Assembly (NCBI RefSeq): GCF_006345805.1 | Contig: NC_043001.1 | Location: 61,008,001-61,072,000 of the forward strand | Source: Octopus sinensis | Taxonomy: Eukaryota | Length of the DNA stretch: 64,000 nt | Reading direction: 5' to 3' | Shown: positions 26,995 to 39,857 of the stretch, piece after piece | Position numbering within the stretch: the first letter of the stretch is position 1 | Layout of the letters: every line of letters begins with the position of its first letter | Made by a program: the position numbers and the translations under genes | Notes under the pieces: model-generated | Databases searched by the model: none | What the model was told of the DNA's origin: nothing | What the model saw: the letters and a program-made list of their open reading frames with translations, nothing else

Positions 26995-27031
<37 letters not shown>

Positions 27032-27344
27032 ATTAAATATTTAATATTTACAATTTTATTACATATTTACAAAGCAAATAAATACAAGCAACATTTCATA
27101 TGCTTATGACAAGTACGTAAAACAACAAAAATGTGATCTTACTGAAATAGATACATTCTACATCACAAACGGTACTCTACGAACCCTGTATGAGATACAT
27201 ATAGAAACAGAAATACAAAACGAACAAATTTAAATGTATATGAAATCACTGTATGTAATCACAGAAGAGGCTTTGCAAACTGTTTGAACTGAATGTAACT
27301 TAAATGATATACGTATACATGAGATGAATAAAATTCTAGATTTA

Positions 27345-27715
27345 CTCTCACAGCACTTATTTATACAAAATATTTCTTGTTGTTTACCTTGTCTCTTGGT
27401 TTCAACTACTCTTCCAGCCCCATCAGATAATTTCCAGGCCCTAGTAAATTCCTCATATAATTGCCCATTACTGAACACATGATGTGGCAAATATATTCCA
27501 ATGTTGTTAAATATGTGTCTCTGTGCCTTATTTACTGTAAGAGAGTAGCACAGCCTTACAGGGAACGTAACTCTTTCCGAAATGAAAGGAAGATGGAAGT
27601 TATTTTTAGCCAGTTTTATGCGGGGTACTAAGAAGTGCATTCCTTCTTGTTCGCCTGTTATTAAAGTGGCTTCAATGCAACTATTATGTAGGTAGACAGA
27701 TCCTACATGTAGTAC
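27345..27715 (-). pseudogene. Helitron PIF1-like helicase C-terminal remnant
   Basis: IEATLITG..PRIKL..FPVRLCYSLTVNKAQ..GIYLPHHVFSNGQLY matches Helitron helicase motifs V-VI, with degenerate SQGQ and VALSR. Confidence 0.85.
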
Positions 27716-28514
27716 CATGTTTACATTTAATTATCTCTGTCTCTCAAAGATAATACTTGTCATACATTCCCTTTTCGAAGAAGCATGGGGAAAATCGCGT
27801 AAGGAATAAAAATCAGGCTCCAACCTTTGTGAAGGTCACAGATGGAATACGAGATAGCTTAATGCCAGTTTCGAGTTCTAGATTAAACATTTTTAAGCCA
27901 TCTTCAATTCAGCTTACAGCGACAGTAGTCAAATTGAAACACATTCCTTTCACCATGCTTGTTTGTTCGTGAATTATATGTGGTTTCGGAAGTCTATCTC
28001 TAGCAAATCTCAAATCTAGTTCTCTTCCAGTACCATCATATTTTTTTTTAAACTTGCCTACGCGGTTCACGCTTTGAATAGCCACGAATATTATAAATTA
28101 TATCATTAATAATATACCTCTATATTTATTTATAAATTATTCACTTGGATCGTCTACGTATGTGCCTAGGGCCATCAAACTAACAAGCAAGCATGGTGAA
28201 GGGTATATGTTTAAATTTGACTTCTCTCGCGGCATGGGTTATATACAATTCAGAACTCGAAACCAGTATTAAGACGTCTGCTATTTCTTATGCGACCTTC
28301 GCAAATGTTGGAGCCAAATTTTTATTCTTTGCCAGATTTTCATTATACTTGCTGGAAAAAGTGAGCTATTTGTGGTTTCCGAAGTAATTTTACTTGTAAC
28401 TTCTCTAGCAAAGCTGATACTCTTCCAGTACCGTCATATTTTTTCAACTTATCTGCGCGGTTCACGATTTCAGTAGCCACTGATATTATTTATTATACTA
28501 CTAAATAATATACC

Positions 28515-28563
<49 letters not shown>

Positions 28564-29026
28564 ATACATATACATATACATATATATACATATACATATA
28601 CATATATATATATACATATATATATACATATTGTTTACGTATTTTCTCGATAAATTTTTGAGCGTTAGACGATATACCAGAAAAGCCTATTTTGTCGGGT
28701 GCGTTCTGAGTCTGCGCAGTGATTTGAATAGTTTAGAAAGAGCAATTTAATAGACGCACGTGCCTCTATTGATTTGCGCTTCCCATAATAACAGGAATCT
28801 TACTGAAGAGCCTACCTGAGTAAATAAATATTATTTTTATTGTTGAAATAGGCGAAACTGCAGTATAAGAAGAACTAAGTTTGTAAAAGTTTTTAATTTT
28901 CATCTCATTAAATTTATCCAGCTTTTGTGTATCGCCTTTTAATGTACTTATATATGAATAATATATGGCGTGTGCTAGAACATCGGCGATAATAATTAAT
29001 TTTATTGTATCGCATTTGACTTTGTT

Positions 29027-29083
<57 letters not shown>

Positions 29084-29839
29084 AATCCAAACGGGAAAAC
29101 AAAAAAACAACAACAATGGAACAATTACAGTATTATTATTAATAGGCACTCAGGAAATGGAAGCAGGGAGGTATGACGTTTCGAGCGGAGCTCTTCGTCG
29201 GAAACATAAAGAAGGAAGAGAGAGGAAAGAAAGATCCCAAAGCGGGCAACAGGGATAGAGAAAAAAAACGACTGGTGTTTACGAGTTACACATGGTGAAA
29301 GGCGGAAGTTTACGATAACAAGAGCAAAGTAGGTTTTTAAAGGCAAAAGAGTGGAGACAAGGTTGGTAACGCAACAGATGTGTGTGTATGTGTGAGTGTG
29401 TGCGTGTGCGTGTGTGTATGTGTGTGTGTGAGGCGAGATAAAAAAACAAAAAATATATGTATGTGTTAGTGTGTGCGTCTGTGTGTAGGCGTGTGAGGTA
29501 GGGCGAGACAATGGTCGGCATAGCAGACAAAGGTCAGTAGTAAGAAAAAGAAGGAAGGAGGAAGGGAGGGAGGGGAAGGGGTGGGGGCGTATGTAGCGTG
29601 CAAGCGTGTGTGTGTAGTTAGTAGTGTGTGTGTGTCCAGTGTCGTGGTAGTATTAATGGCGAGTAGATTGAATGTGTGTAAGAGTAATGTATATATTTAA
29701 GCAATGTGTGTATATGTGTGCGCGTGTGTGTAACGAAAAAGGGGGGGGTAAGGAAAAAGGACTCCAGCTGAGGGGAAGATGGAAGAGTGGTCCCGCGGAG
29801 ACGGGCGTGGGAAAACCCAACGACAAGCGACGGTCCCAG

Positions 29840-30589
29840 ATACATATATATATACATATATACATATACATATATACATATACATATATACATATACATA
29901 TATACATATACATATATACATATACACATATACATATACATATATACATATACATATATATACACATATATATACATATATATATACATATATATATACA
30001 TATATATATATACATATGTATATATACATATGTATATATACATATATATTTATATACATATATATATACACATATATATACATATATATTACACATATAT
30101 ATATACACACATATATATAGATATATATATATATATATATAATATACACATATATATATATATATAACATATATATATACATATATATATATATACATAT
30201 ATATACACATATATATATATATATATAATACTATATATACATATATATATACATATATATATATACATATACATATACATATATATATATACATGTATAT
30301 ATACATATATATATACATATATATACACATATATATATACATATAAAAACACATATATATATACATATATATACATATATATATACATATATATATATAC
30401 ATATATATATACAATATATTATATACATATATATATACACATATATATATACATATATATATACACATACATATACACATATATATACATATATATACAC
30501 ATATATATATACATATATATATACATATATATATACATATACATATACATATATATATATATATATCATATATACATATATATATATAC

Positions 30590-30620
<31 letters not shown>

Positions 30621-30849
30621 CATTTACATATATACATATACATATATACATATAATATATACATATACATATATACATATATACATATACATATATATAC
30701 ACATATATATACATATATATATACATATATATATACATATATATATACATATGTATATATACATATATATATACATATGTATATATACATATATATATAC
30801 ATATATATACACATATATATACACATATATTATACACACATATATATAC

Positions 30850-30880
<31 letters not shown>

Positions 30881-31690
30881 CATATATATATATATACATA
30901 TATATACATATATATATATTATACATATATATATTATACACTATATATTACATATATATATATACATATATATATACATATATATATACATATATATATA
31001 TACATATATATACATATATATATACATATATATAATATATATATACATATATATATACATATATATATATACATATATATATACATATATATATATACAT
31101 TATATATACATATATATACATATATATATACATATATATATACATATATATATACATATATATATATACATATAAAAACCATATATATATACACATATAT
31201 ATACACACATATAATATATATATACATATATATATACAATATATATACACATATATATATACATATATATACACATATATATATATATACATATATATAT
31301 AACATATATATAACATATATATACATATATATATATAACAATATATAATATACACTTATATACATATATATATACATATATATATACATATATATATACA
31401 TATATATATATACATATATATATATACATATATATATCATAATATATATACATATATATATATACATAAATATATTATACATATATATATATCATACATA
31501 TATAACATATATATATATACATACATATATATACATATATATACATACATATATATATATACATACATATATATAATATACATATAATATATATACATAC
31601 ATATATATATACATATATATATATATAATATATATAGATATATATATATATATGTATGTATATATATTATATATATATATATACATATAT
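29840..31690. repeat. ~1.85-kb compound (TA)/(TATACA) low-complexity array
   Basis: Directly visible; all ORFs here are artefacts. Confidence 0.98.
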
Positions 31691-31694
31691 ATCC

Positions 31695-33150
31695 AATATT
31701 ATTTTGATGTCTTGCAAACAACTTGCACATGCAAGTGCTACCAGTTAAAAGCTCCGTATACCGGAAGCTACCAAGAGTATGGGGTCATCAAGAGAGAATG
31801 CGCGCCGTTTCGGGGCTTACCTCTCGACGGCATCAATGCGCACCGCCCACCCACCCTCACTGATATGAGGCCCCGCTTGCTAGATCAGCTGGTTATGAAG
31901 AACTCAATATACTTCTAGCCATCGCTCATCGCCTCTTTTTAACCAAATCCAGTGGCTAGCCTTCTCCACTGTAGATTGGATATCAGTCATGGTGGTATTG
32001 ACTTCACGAAGAGTTAAGCCTATCGATAACAACAGTCGTCTCACGCTGTGTCCAACAAACCCTCTACATCCGACTTCGATAGGAAAATGTTCCGCTTTCC
32101 AGCCTGCGTCTTCACATTCCTCGAGGAGATTTTCATAACGGTTCAATTTTCGAGCCCGAGCGGCGTCCATATAATTTCATGAGGAACCGTTAGCTCAACT
32201 ATATTTACAACTTTCTTTCTTTCACACCACATCAAAATATCTTTTTTTCGAAACTGTGATGGGAAAGAAAATGTGGCCCCCAGGTAAATCTGCAGTTACC
32301 CCCCTTTAGCCGTTCCACTTCTCATTTTTCTCAGGAAGTTTCTTGATCATCTTCAAACGGATCCGCTGACCTGGTCGCACGAAGGTAATGAAATCTCTTG
32401 ATGGTACTGTTAACGGTTTTTCCTCAGTGTTGTTGAGATGAATTTGATTCTTTATAGCATTGAAGATAACCTTAAGGACCAAGTTGTGCCTCCATGTATA
32501 CCTGTTCAATGCTAAATAAGAGTTAGAAAGAATATGTTTTAGTGTACCAACCTTTCCACATTTGCAGATGTCATTCTCTAAGACGTTTCATCTAACTAGA
32601 TTCGTAGGTGATGGCAAAACATCATAAGATGAACGAATCAGGAAACTCAGCCGAGACGTCGTCCACTTCCACATCTCATCCCAACTTATCTTCCTCTCAA
32701 CAACATGTTCTTCCCATCTCGTCATCTGATCTTGATGAACACATCGGATCAAATGAAGCTCTCTTCTCTCTGCTTCTCTTGTTTTGACGCTGTTGCTAAC
32801 AACAGATCTGCGTTCACTCTGCATCATGCTTGCAAACGGTCTGAACTGATCTGTGCCAAAACCAAGTCCTTTCCGATGGTTCTGCGTTGCTCCCACCATA
32901 TCTCTGTGTATAAGAGAAGACAAGATGTTGTCAGTTTCTGCTTCTGCTTTCCACTTCCTGGCTGTTTTCACCTCTGGTGGGTTACGCCTGCTTTCCATAT
33001 CCTTCGATTCTCTCAGCATCATGACCGTCCGTATCTTCCCCAGCTTATATATTTCGACTATTGATGCTATTGGTAGCTGCAACGAACACATTTTTTAATC
33101 TTCGGAGTTTTAAATATGCTAAGCCACTGGCCATAATTCATTAACATCAA
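31695..33150 (-). mobile_element. 5'-truncated defective HERO-clade RLE non-LTR retrotransposon
   Basis: VKTARKWKAE, DMVGATQNHRKGLG, CKCGKVGTLKHILSNS (last Cys lost), RYTWRHNLVLK, VELTVPHE, IEVGCRGF and KASHWIWLKR are HERO-type motifs; stops and frameshifts present. Confidence 0.85.
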
Positions 33151-33314
33151 TTTCTACCTATATTATTTAATTTTATATATATATATATTTATATGTATGC
33201 ATGTATTGTATGTATGTATGTATATATATATATGTATGTATGCATGTATTATGTATGTATATACACACATACACACACATATATATATGTATATATACAT
33301 ACGCATATATACAT

Positions 33315-33364
<50 letters not shown>

Positions 33365-33542
33365 TACCATTAAAGACCCGTCGTTGTCGGGTCATAGTGC
33401 TAGTGCATGTATATATGTGTATATATATATGTGTACATCTATATATATATATACATCTACACATAAAATGCAAAATACAAAGTTATATCTTGATATCGCT
33501 AGTGATAACAATACTCAAAATATATAACAGACTGGAATTGTT

Positions 33543-34441
33543 TTATTATTACTCACAAGGGGCGAACGTAGAGGGGACAATACAATCTGATGTATTCCTT
33601 TCTTTTGTATTCCTTTCTTTTGTATTCCTTTCTTTTGTGTCCTCTTAACCCACACAAGTAGCAGTTCGGCTTTCACCCCTCTACAATTACGCTCATTGTT
33701 CTCTCATTTTCAAGTTCAATTTGGAAGGGAAACCTTTCTATGTCTTCTTTTGTGGCCATCAGCCATATTTCCACTCCGAATCCCTTCCAGTTCACAACAT
33801 TGGTCTCCTTGATCGAGCCTATTTCTATTTCGTCCTTTGCTGACCCTAGGATAGCTGTTGCCAGCATTTCTGTTTTTATTTCTGGAGGCACCTTTGGTAT
33901 CTTTACCCGAACCCCTCTTCGTCCTTTATATGTTGGCCACATGGTGAAGTTTTCAGCTTTCAAAACAGTGGAAGCTAACGAGGCCGCAACTTCTGTTGTT
34001 GCGCATCTCACCTCCACCGTACCATATTTCTTTCCTCTGTTCACGTACGTTGCTTTTTCATAATGTCCCCCAGACATTTCTCAATTTCTTCTATCGTTAC
34101 TCTCACCAATTTTTTTGTAATTCTGTCTTGCGTCCTGTACGTGATAGTCTTATTATTTTTCTCTTCTATCGTTTCAGCAGGTGGGACCAGCTTTACGCTG
34201 TCACCCTCCCTTTTGATGAATTTTTCATAATCCATTAATTGTTCTTTTCTAAAAAACACTTCTCTTACTATAAGAGGCTCATCACTTTCCGTTGAGGCGA
34301 CCCCCGCGTAAGTCTCAATGACTTGAGGGTCGACGCAACTTCTGTAATAAGGTTCCAACACGTGGCGGCAAGCGCCTCACGCGATTCAACTTTTTTCAAT
34401 TTAACTGTTCACACAAAAATAACTAACCAACTCAATGAAAA
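33543..34441 (-). mobile_element. Tx1-like element A: ORF1-only internally deleted derivative
   Basis: Frameshifted ORF1 (34041-34361, 33673-34077; YVNRGKKYGTVEVR) ending in a CYLCGLRGH zinc knuckle, fused to a ~50-bp 3' end similar to that of element B. Confidence 0.8.
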
Positions 34442-34676
34442 ATTGAATTGTTTTATTATTACCCACAAGGGGCGAACATAGAATCTGATGTGGGGTCAGA
34501 TATACGAATGGGTTTACAAAAAAGGCGAATTTTAAAATTTTCAAAAATTACAAAAATAGAAAAAATCGAATGGGGAACAGACCGGAAGACATTACGGATG
34601 GAGTGGGAGCGGGTTTAGCTCGGACCCCACGAGCCCCGCCTCCCCACTGATACTTTGGTTTCGTCTAGTTTTACAT

Positions 34677-37600
34677 TTATGTGGTATCATCCACTCGCAA
34701 CTTTCGTGCTACATCTTTCCATCGTTCTTCATACACTCTCTTAATCAGGCATTTTCTCTCCAGCCCTATCTTCCTTTTCAGGTGAAAGATGAAGGAATTC
34801 ATCAATCCAGGGCCGGAGATGAACTTGCCTGACCGTAAACCTTTCATTCTCGTCTTCCATATCACCTCTTTCGAAATTGCTACTACAACGAGAAAACAAT
34901 TCTTACCTTCTTTCGCGAAGAAATCTGGTGGGTCAATTTTTGTAATAGACTCAGTCGACAGCTGTACTCTTCGTGTGCTTGACAAAAGCTGTTCGGAATA
35001 AACCCACACCTCAGACACGACCGAACAATGAACAATAGCGTGCGGGACGGTTTCCCTATCCCGCTCGCATCTTGGACATATCGGACTGTCTTGGCCACCG
35101 TGCCTTGCGAGTTTATCCCGACCAGGTAGAGCTCCTCTGTAGCATTGCCATGCCAGAGACTTCTGGAAGTTGTCCAGTGTCTTCGGCTCGAGCGTACGTC
35201 GGAACAGACTGGCCAGCTGATTATCGTCGAGACCTAGGGTTTCCCCCAAGGTATCTTCACATTCCACCTCTACCAACCCTCTATAGAAGAATGTGGTGGA
35301 ACCCCCACCGCAGGCGTTGCCCGAGCGACGGAATAGCAGGAGAGCCTTGCGACATTCCGTGTACCATGTGCCCAGTTTCGATCTACGATTCAGCCAGGTT
35401 TCCCATCCACCGAAACTAGTGAACTTGGGAAACATAAGTTTTGCTAGCGGAGACCACACCCGTTCACCATCCAGGTAGAGCCACATATGTCTTAACCTCA
35501 GCGCATGTCTGTGCATCATCAGCCAAGGCATCCCTAGCCCACCCTTTAACGGTTGTTGACAGCAAGTAGAGCGTTTCACAAGTGGTTTCCCGCCCTTCCA
35601 CAAGAAGTAGAAGAGCTGTCTTTCCAACTTGATCAACCACGAATCAGGGCAAGGAACGACGGAAAGGCGGTAGGTGATAACCGATGCGATAAACACATTG
35701 GCTACCTCCGCCCTCCCTTCCAGGGATAGCGACCGCCAAGACCAGGTCTTGGTTACTGCAGCCACCCTGCTCGATACCTCGCCCCAATTCTTCTCTATTT
35801 GGTGGTCTGGACCGAACCAAACCCCTAGCAACTTAATCGGACCCTCCGTCCAACGTCCCACGACGCTGTCTGAAGGCATCGACTTGCCTCTCCAGGTGCC
35901 GAGTTCCAAGCCAACTGACTTTTCGCGATTAATCTTTGCTCCTGTCACCGTCTCGTAAACCTCTATGGCCTTGCCTACTTTACGTAGGTGATCCATTTCG
36001 GTTACGATGATGGTGATGTCATCCGCGTACGCTGACACCGATTTTCCACAACCTGGCTGTCTCGGGATGCCGCTCAGTTTTCGCAGTAATGGCTCAAGAG
36101 CCATCACGTACAAAAGCGGGGAGAGCGGACACCCTTGACGAACCGAGCGCTTGATGTTGAACGGCTTCGACAAGAAGCCGTTCACCCGAACTACCGAGTC
36201 GATGTTGTCGTAAATTTGGATAATCCACCTGAGGAAGCCAAGGCCCAGCCCGAAATGGGCCAGGGCAGATACCAGGTAGCGATGGTCGAGCCTATCGAAT
36301 GCTTTAGATTAGTCTAAATGGACCAGTGCCCCACCCTTGCCAGAATCACTATTAAACCCCTCTATAGTGTACCGCATAAGATGGAAATTATCCTGAATGG
36401 TTCTGTCAGGAACGGCACATGTCTGTGCCTCGCCGATCAGATCATCCGCGACACGCGCCAATCTTTTCGATAACACTTTGGCCAAAATCTTCAACTCTGT
36501 GTGTAGCAGAGTGATGGGCCTGAAATTATCAATGCACTCCCCCTTGCTCGGGTCCTTTCTGACGAGTGTCACTACTCCCCGGCGCACAGATCTGGGTATG
36601 AACCCGTTCTGCTGCCAGTTCGCATAGACCTCCGCCAGTAGGTGCCCGAACAAGTCTGGCCTACTCTTATATAACTCATAGGGTAGACCATCTAAACCCG
36701 GCGCCTTGCCCGCGCCGCAGTCCGCCATCGCCTCAACCACCTCCCCAGGCGTGATTGGCCCTTCACAGCCCTCCGCATCTCACCCCGATAAGCGCGGCAG
36801 CCCATCGAGGAGGACCGTAAAGGCTCGCCTCCTATCCAGTCCGCCGCACTCACCGAAAAGCTGAGCGAAGTGCTCCTGAAAGGCCTCATACATCTCCTCG
36901 GGCTCGTTTATCAACTCATCTGTTGGTTCGTCATAGATCGAATCGTGGCGTCGTTACCACGCTGAGCTTCCACCACTCGCGCCCATCTCACGGCGTTGAT
37001 TCCCTCACAACCCATTGCGCGGATCCTAGCCCTGATAATGCAGCCCATGTGTTTGGCCTCGAGGTGCTGGTTTAACGCCAGTCTCTTGGCCGTCACCTGA
37101 GCCGCAGAGCCAGTTTTCAAGGCTTCCTCTAATTCCTTAACTAGAGTAGATTCCCTCCTAGCCTCTCTAGCCGCTAATCCTGTGCTATATCTAATAGACT
37201 CGAATTTGATGGCTCGCTTGAGGGCATACCACCATTTGTTATTAATGATGGCAGCAGATAGCGCCCTCTGAATTATAGTCCTAATCCGGTCTCTGTACTC
37301 CTTAATCGCCAAAAGGGACGTATTAAGTTTCCAGTAACCGGAGCCTCTATTTTTAACCTTATATATGTCAAGCTTACAGGTGACCATTTTATGATCACTG
37401 TAGCTGACCAGGTAAAACTGTGGACACTTAGCTATTTTTCTGTCTACTTTTCTAATTAGTATCCTATCTATGTATGACCTGGAAGATCCGTCGCTGTTTG
37501 ACCATGTCCACAATGGAGCGTTCGGAAATTCCAACCTATAAGGATCTGCTAGCTCAAAGCGGCTTAGCAGTTCTAGGAAGCCAATGTTACCTTTTCTATC

Positions 37601-38071
37601 TGGACGCAAGCCAACACAATCTACATCCGCTTTGTAAATTGTGTTAAAGTCTCCTAGCACAACTAATGAATGCGAAGTACCAAGAAAGTTTTCCAGTTCT
37701 CGAAAATAATCACTTTGCCCTTTTTGGTTGGGTGCGTAAATTGCAACCAATCTGATAACTTTACCGTTACTGAACGTCAAATCCATGACGACCAGCCTGC
37801 CTTCTGGGTCTGAAAAAATTAACTTTTTCTCAAAAACCCGGTTTCTTTTTAATAGGACCAACACCCCACCCCCGCCTGTAGGACTGGCCGGAGAGAAAAA
37901 ACTCTCGTAGCCGTCAAACAGCGGGAGTAGGCCTCTTGGCCCCTCTAAACGGGTTTCTGTAGCAACAATAACATCCAAACTACGCGACCTGATATCATTA
38001 AGGAAGTGACCTTGCTTCCAGCTTGATCCCAGGCCGCGCACATTTAAACAACCAACATAAATGTAATCCAT
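34677..38071 (-). pseudogene. Element B ORF2 (APE-RT), one frameshift and one nonsense codon
   Basis: ORFs 36911-38071, 36309-36740 and 34677-36185; frameshift near 36915; TAA at 36309-36311 in LD*SKAFD. Confidence 0.93.
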
Positions 38072-38079
38072 GACTTACC

Positions 38080-39503
38080 TTATATCAGTGGTTCGACTTT
38101 TCCTTTCTCTTCTTCATTTTTTTCCTCTTTTTCTGGGCCTCGTGGTGGAGTCTGACGCAGGCGCTCGAATGTATATGGTGATGATATATCCATTCTTAGG
38201 GGGCCCACGTCATGAAAAAATTCGGATTTTATCCGTCCGTAATCCATCCGGCCTATTCTGTACAATATGTAATCATTTTTTCTTCCAATTTTTTCTACCT
38301 TGGCCATAGCTGCCAACACATTACCGAGTCTATTATTTGAGGCCTTAATGGCCATAAATGAGTTTAAAGACTCTCTTTTTTTCTTTTGGTTTACTTTCAG
38401 TTTTTCTTTTTTTCCTAGTGATTTTTGACCACCCCTCCTCATTTTTCGTTTCCTCGCTCTTTGTTTCCTCCGCCACCTCCGCCGCCGGTTCCGCTGCCTC
38501 TGTCACCTCCACACCTTCAGCCGTCCCTTCTGGGCCGCCCGGCGCTACTTCTGGTGACACCTCTTCTGTTCTTCCACCTGGCTGAGCTGCTTCCTGCGGT
38601 TTGGGTTGGCATTCTGCCCTTACATGCCCTTTCTTACCGCAGCCGAAGCACCTCGGCTTTATGCCCTCTACAAAGACTGTGACTCGTTCCTCCTCACTGA
38701 TTTTCAGTGTCTCCGGAATCTCTTCCAGGGTTTGTATCTCTGCCTGGATGGCTATCGTTATACGCTGCCCTTTCCAATTTTCTTCCTCCTCAACTGTGGC
38801 CTGGAGGATGTTTATTTTTTCTTCCAGGCCTACCATAACTGCTGCCACCAGACATGTGGCGTCCGCTTCTGGCGGAATATTGTGCATTGTGATCCTTGAG
38901 GTTCTTTTTCCTCTATACAGGGGGAGGAGAACAATATTCTCCGCTTTCATGGGTTCCATGGATAGCTTTTTGGCTACCTCCTCCGTTGCAAATCTCACCT
39001 CCACTGTGCCGTATTTCTTCCCGCGATTGATGTACGTAATCTTATCCCATATCGGCTTTAGGCAGTTTTCTATTTTTTTTCTCCTCTATTCTTTGTATAG
39101 ACTTACTTGTGATGTTGAAAGTCTTGTATATTATTCTTTTTTTATCAATCTCTTCTTGCTTTTGGGCATTCGTAACCACCGTTACTTCTGTGCCCTCTTT
39201 TATCAAACAGTCTGCGTATTTCTGAAGGTCTTCAGTGTTAATTTTTTAAATTTTCTTTCCAGCTACTTCAGAAAATTTTCTAGCTGGTGCTGGGGTTTCT
39301 TTTCTGTTTGGCGACACCGCCGGTGATCCTGCATCACTTGACACTGGTGAATAGGAGATGGGGGAGTCCATCTCCGAAAACTGGCTTAACAAGCCTTTAG
39401 CACAACCGCGACAAAAAGGTTTTGGTTTTGAAAGCCTCAAATGCAGCAATAATGATAGTTTTTCCCCCACGGAGGGGGGAACACCAACACGAAGCCCTCG
39501 CAC
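38080..39503 (-). pseudogene. Element B ORF1 (gag-like zinc-knuckle protein), frameshifted
   Basis: Pieces 39246-39503, 38345-39004 and 38080-38442. Confidence 0.85.
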
Positions 39504-39857
39504 GAAGGCTGATTACAATAATTGTACAACAACAGACAATACAGACAAAGTCAATCAGAAACACAGTAGAATATAACAGAGGAAAATATAATAACTCACT
39601 ACGCAATCAATTAAATTGAATTGTTAGCTCTTATTTCTTTATTCACTATACGGTTATACATATAAAGACAGAACATCACGAATGATTTTACATGAATATG
39701 CGTTGGGGTCTATTAAAAATTTACAAATGATTATATAATTCGGATGATAGGACATTTTTTACACAAACAATTTCACAGATGGAGTGGGGCAGGCTTACGG
39801 ACCCCACGAACCCCGCCACGAAACTGACTTAGGATTTTTTTTCTTTTTTTTTCCGGC

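Larger units (their letters stand above)
34453..39614 (-). mobile_element. Tx1/L1-like LINE element B, full-length defective
   Basis: ORF1 with CFGCGKKGHVRAEC knuckle; ORF2 with APE (LNVRG, ATETRL, GDFN, SDH), RT (YADD) and C-terminal CPRC..H...HC; A-rich 3' end. Confidence 0.95.

Noticed and set aside
29618-31730. Many long ORFs, up to 418 aa
   Set aside because: Translations of TA/CA microsatellite, which lacks stops in several frames.
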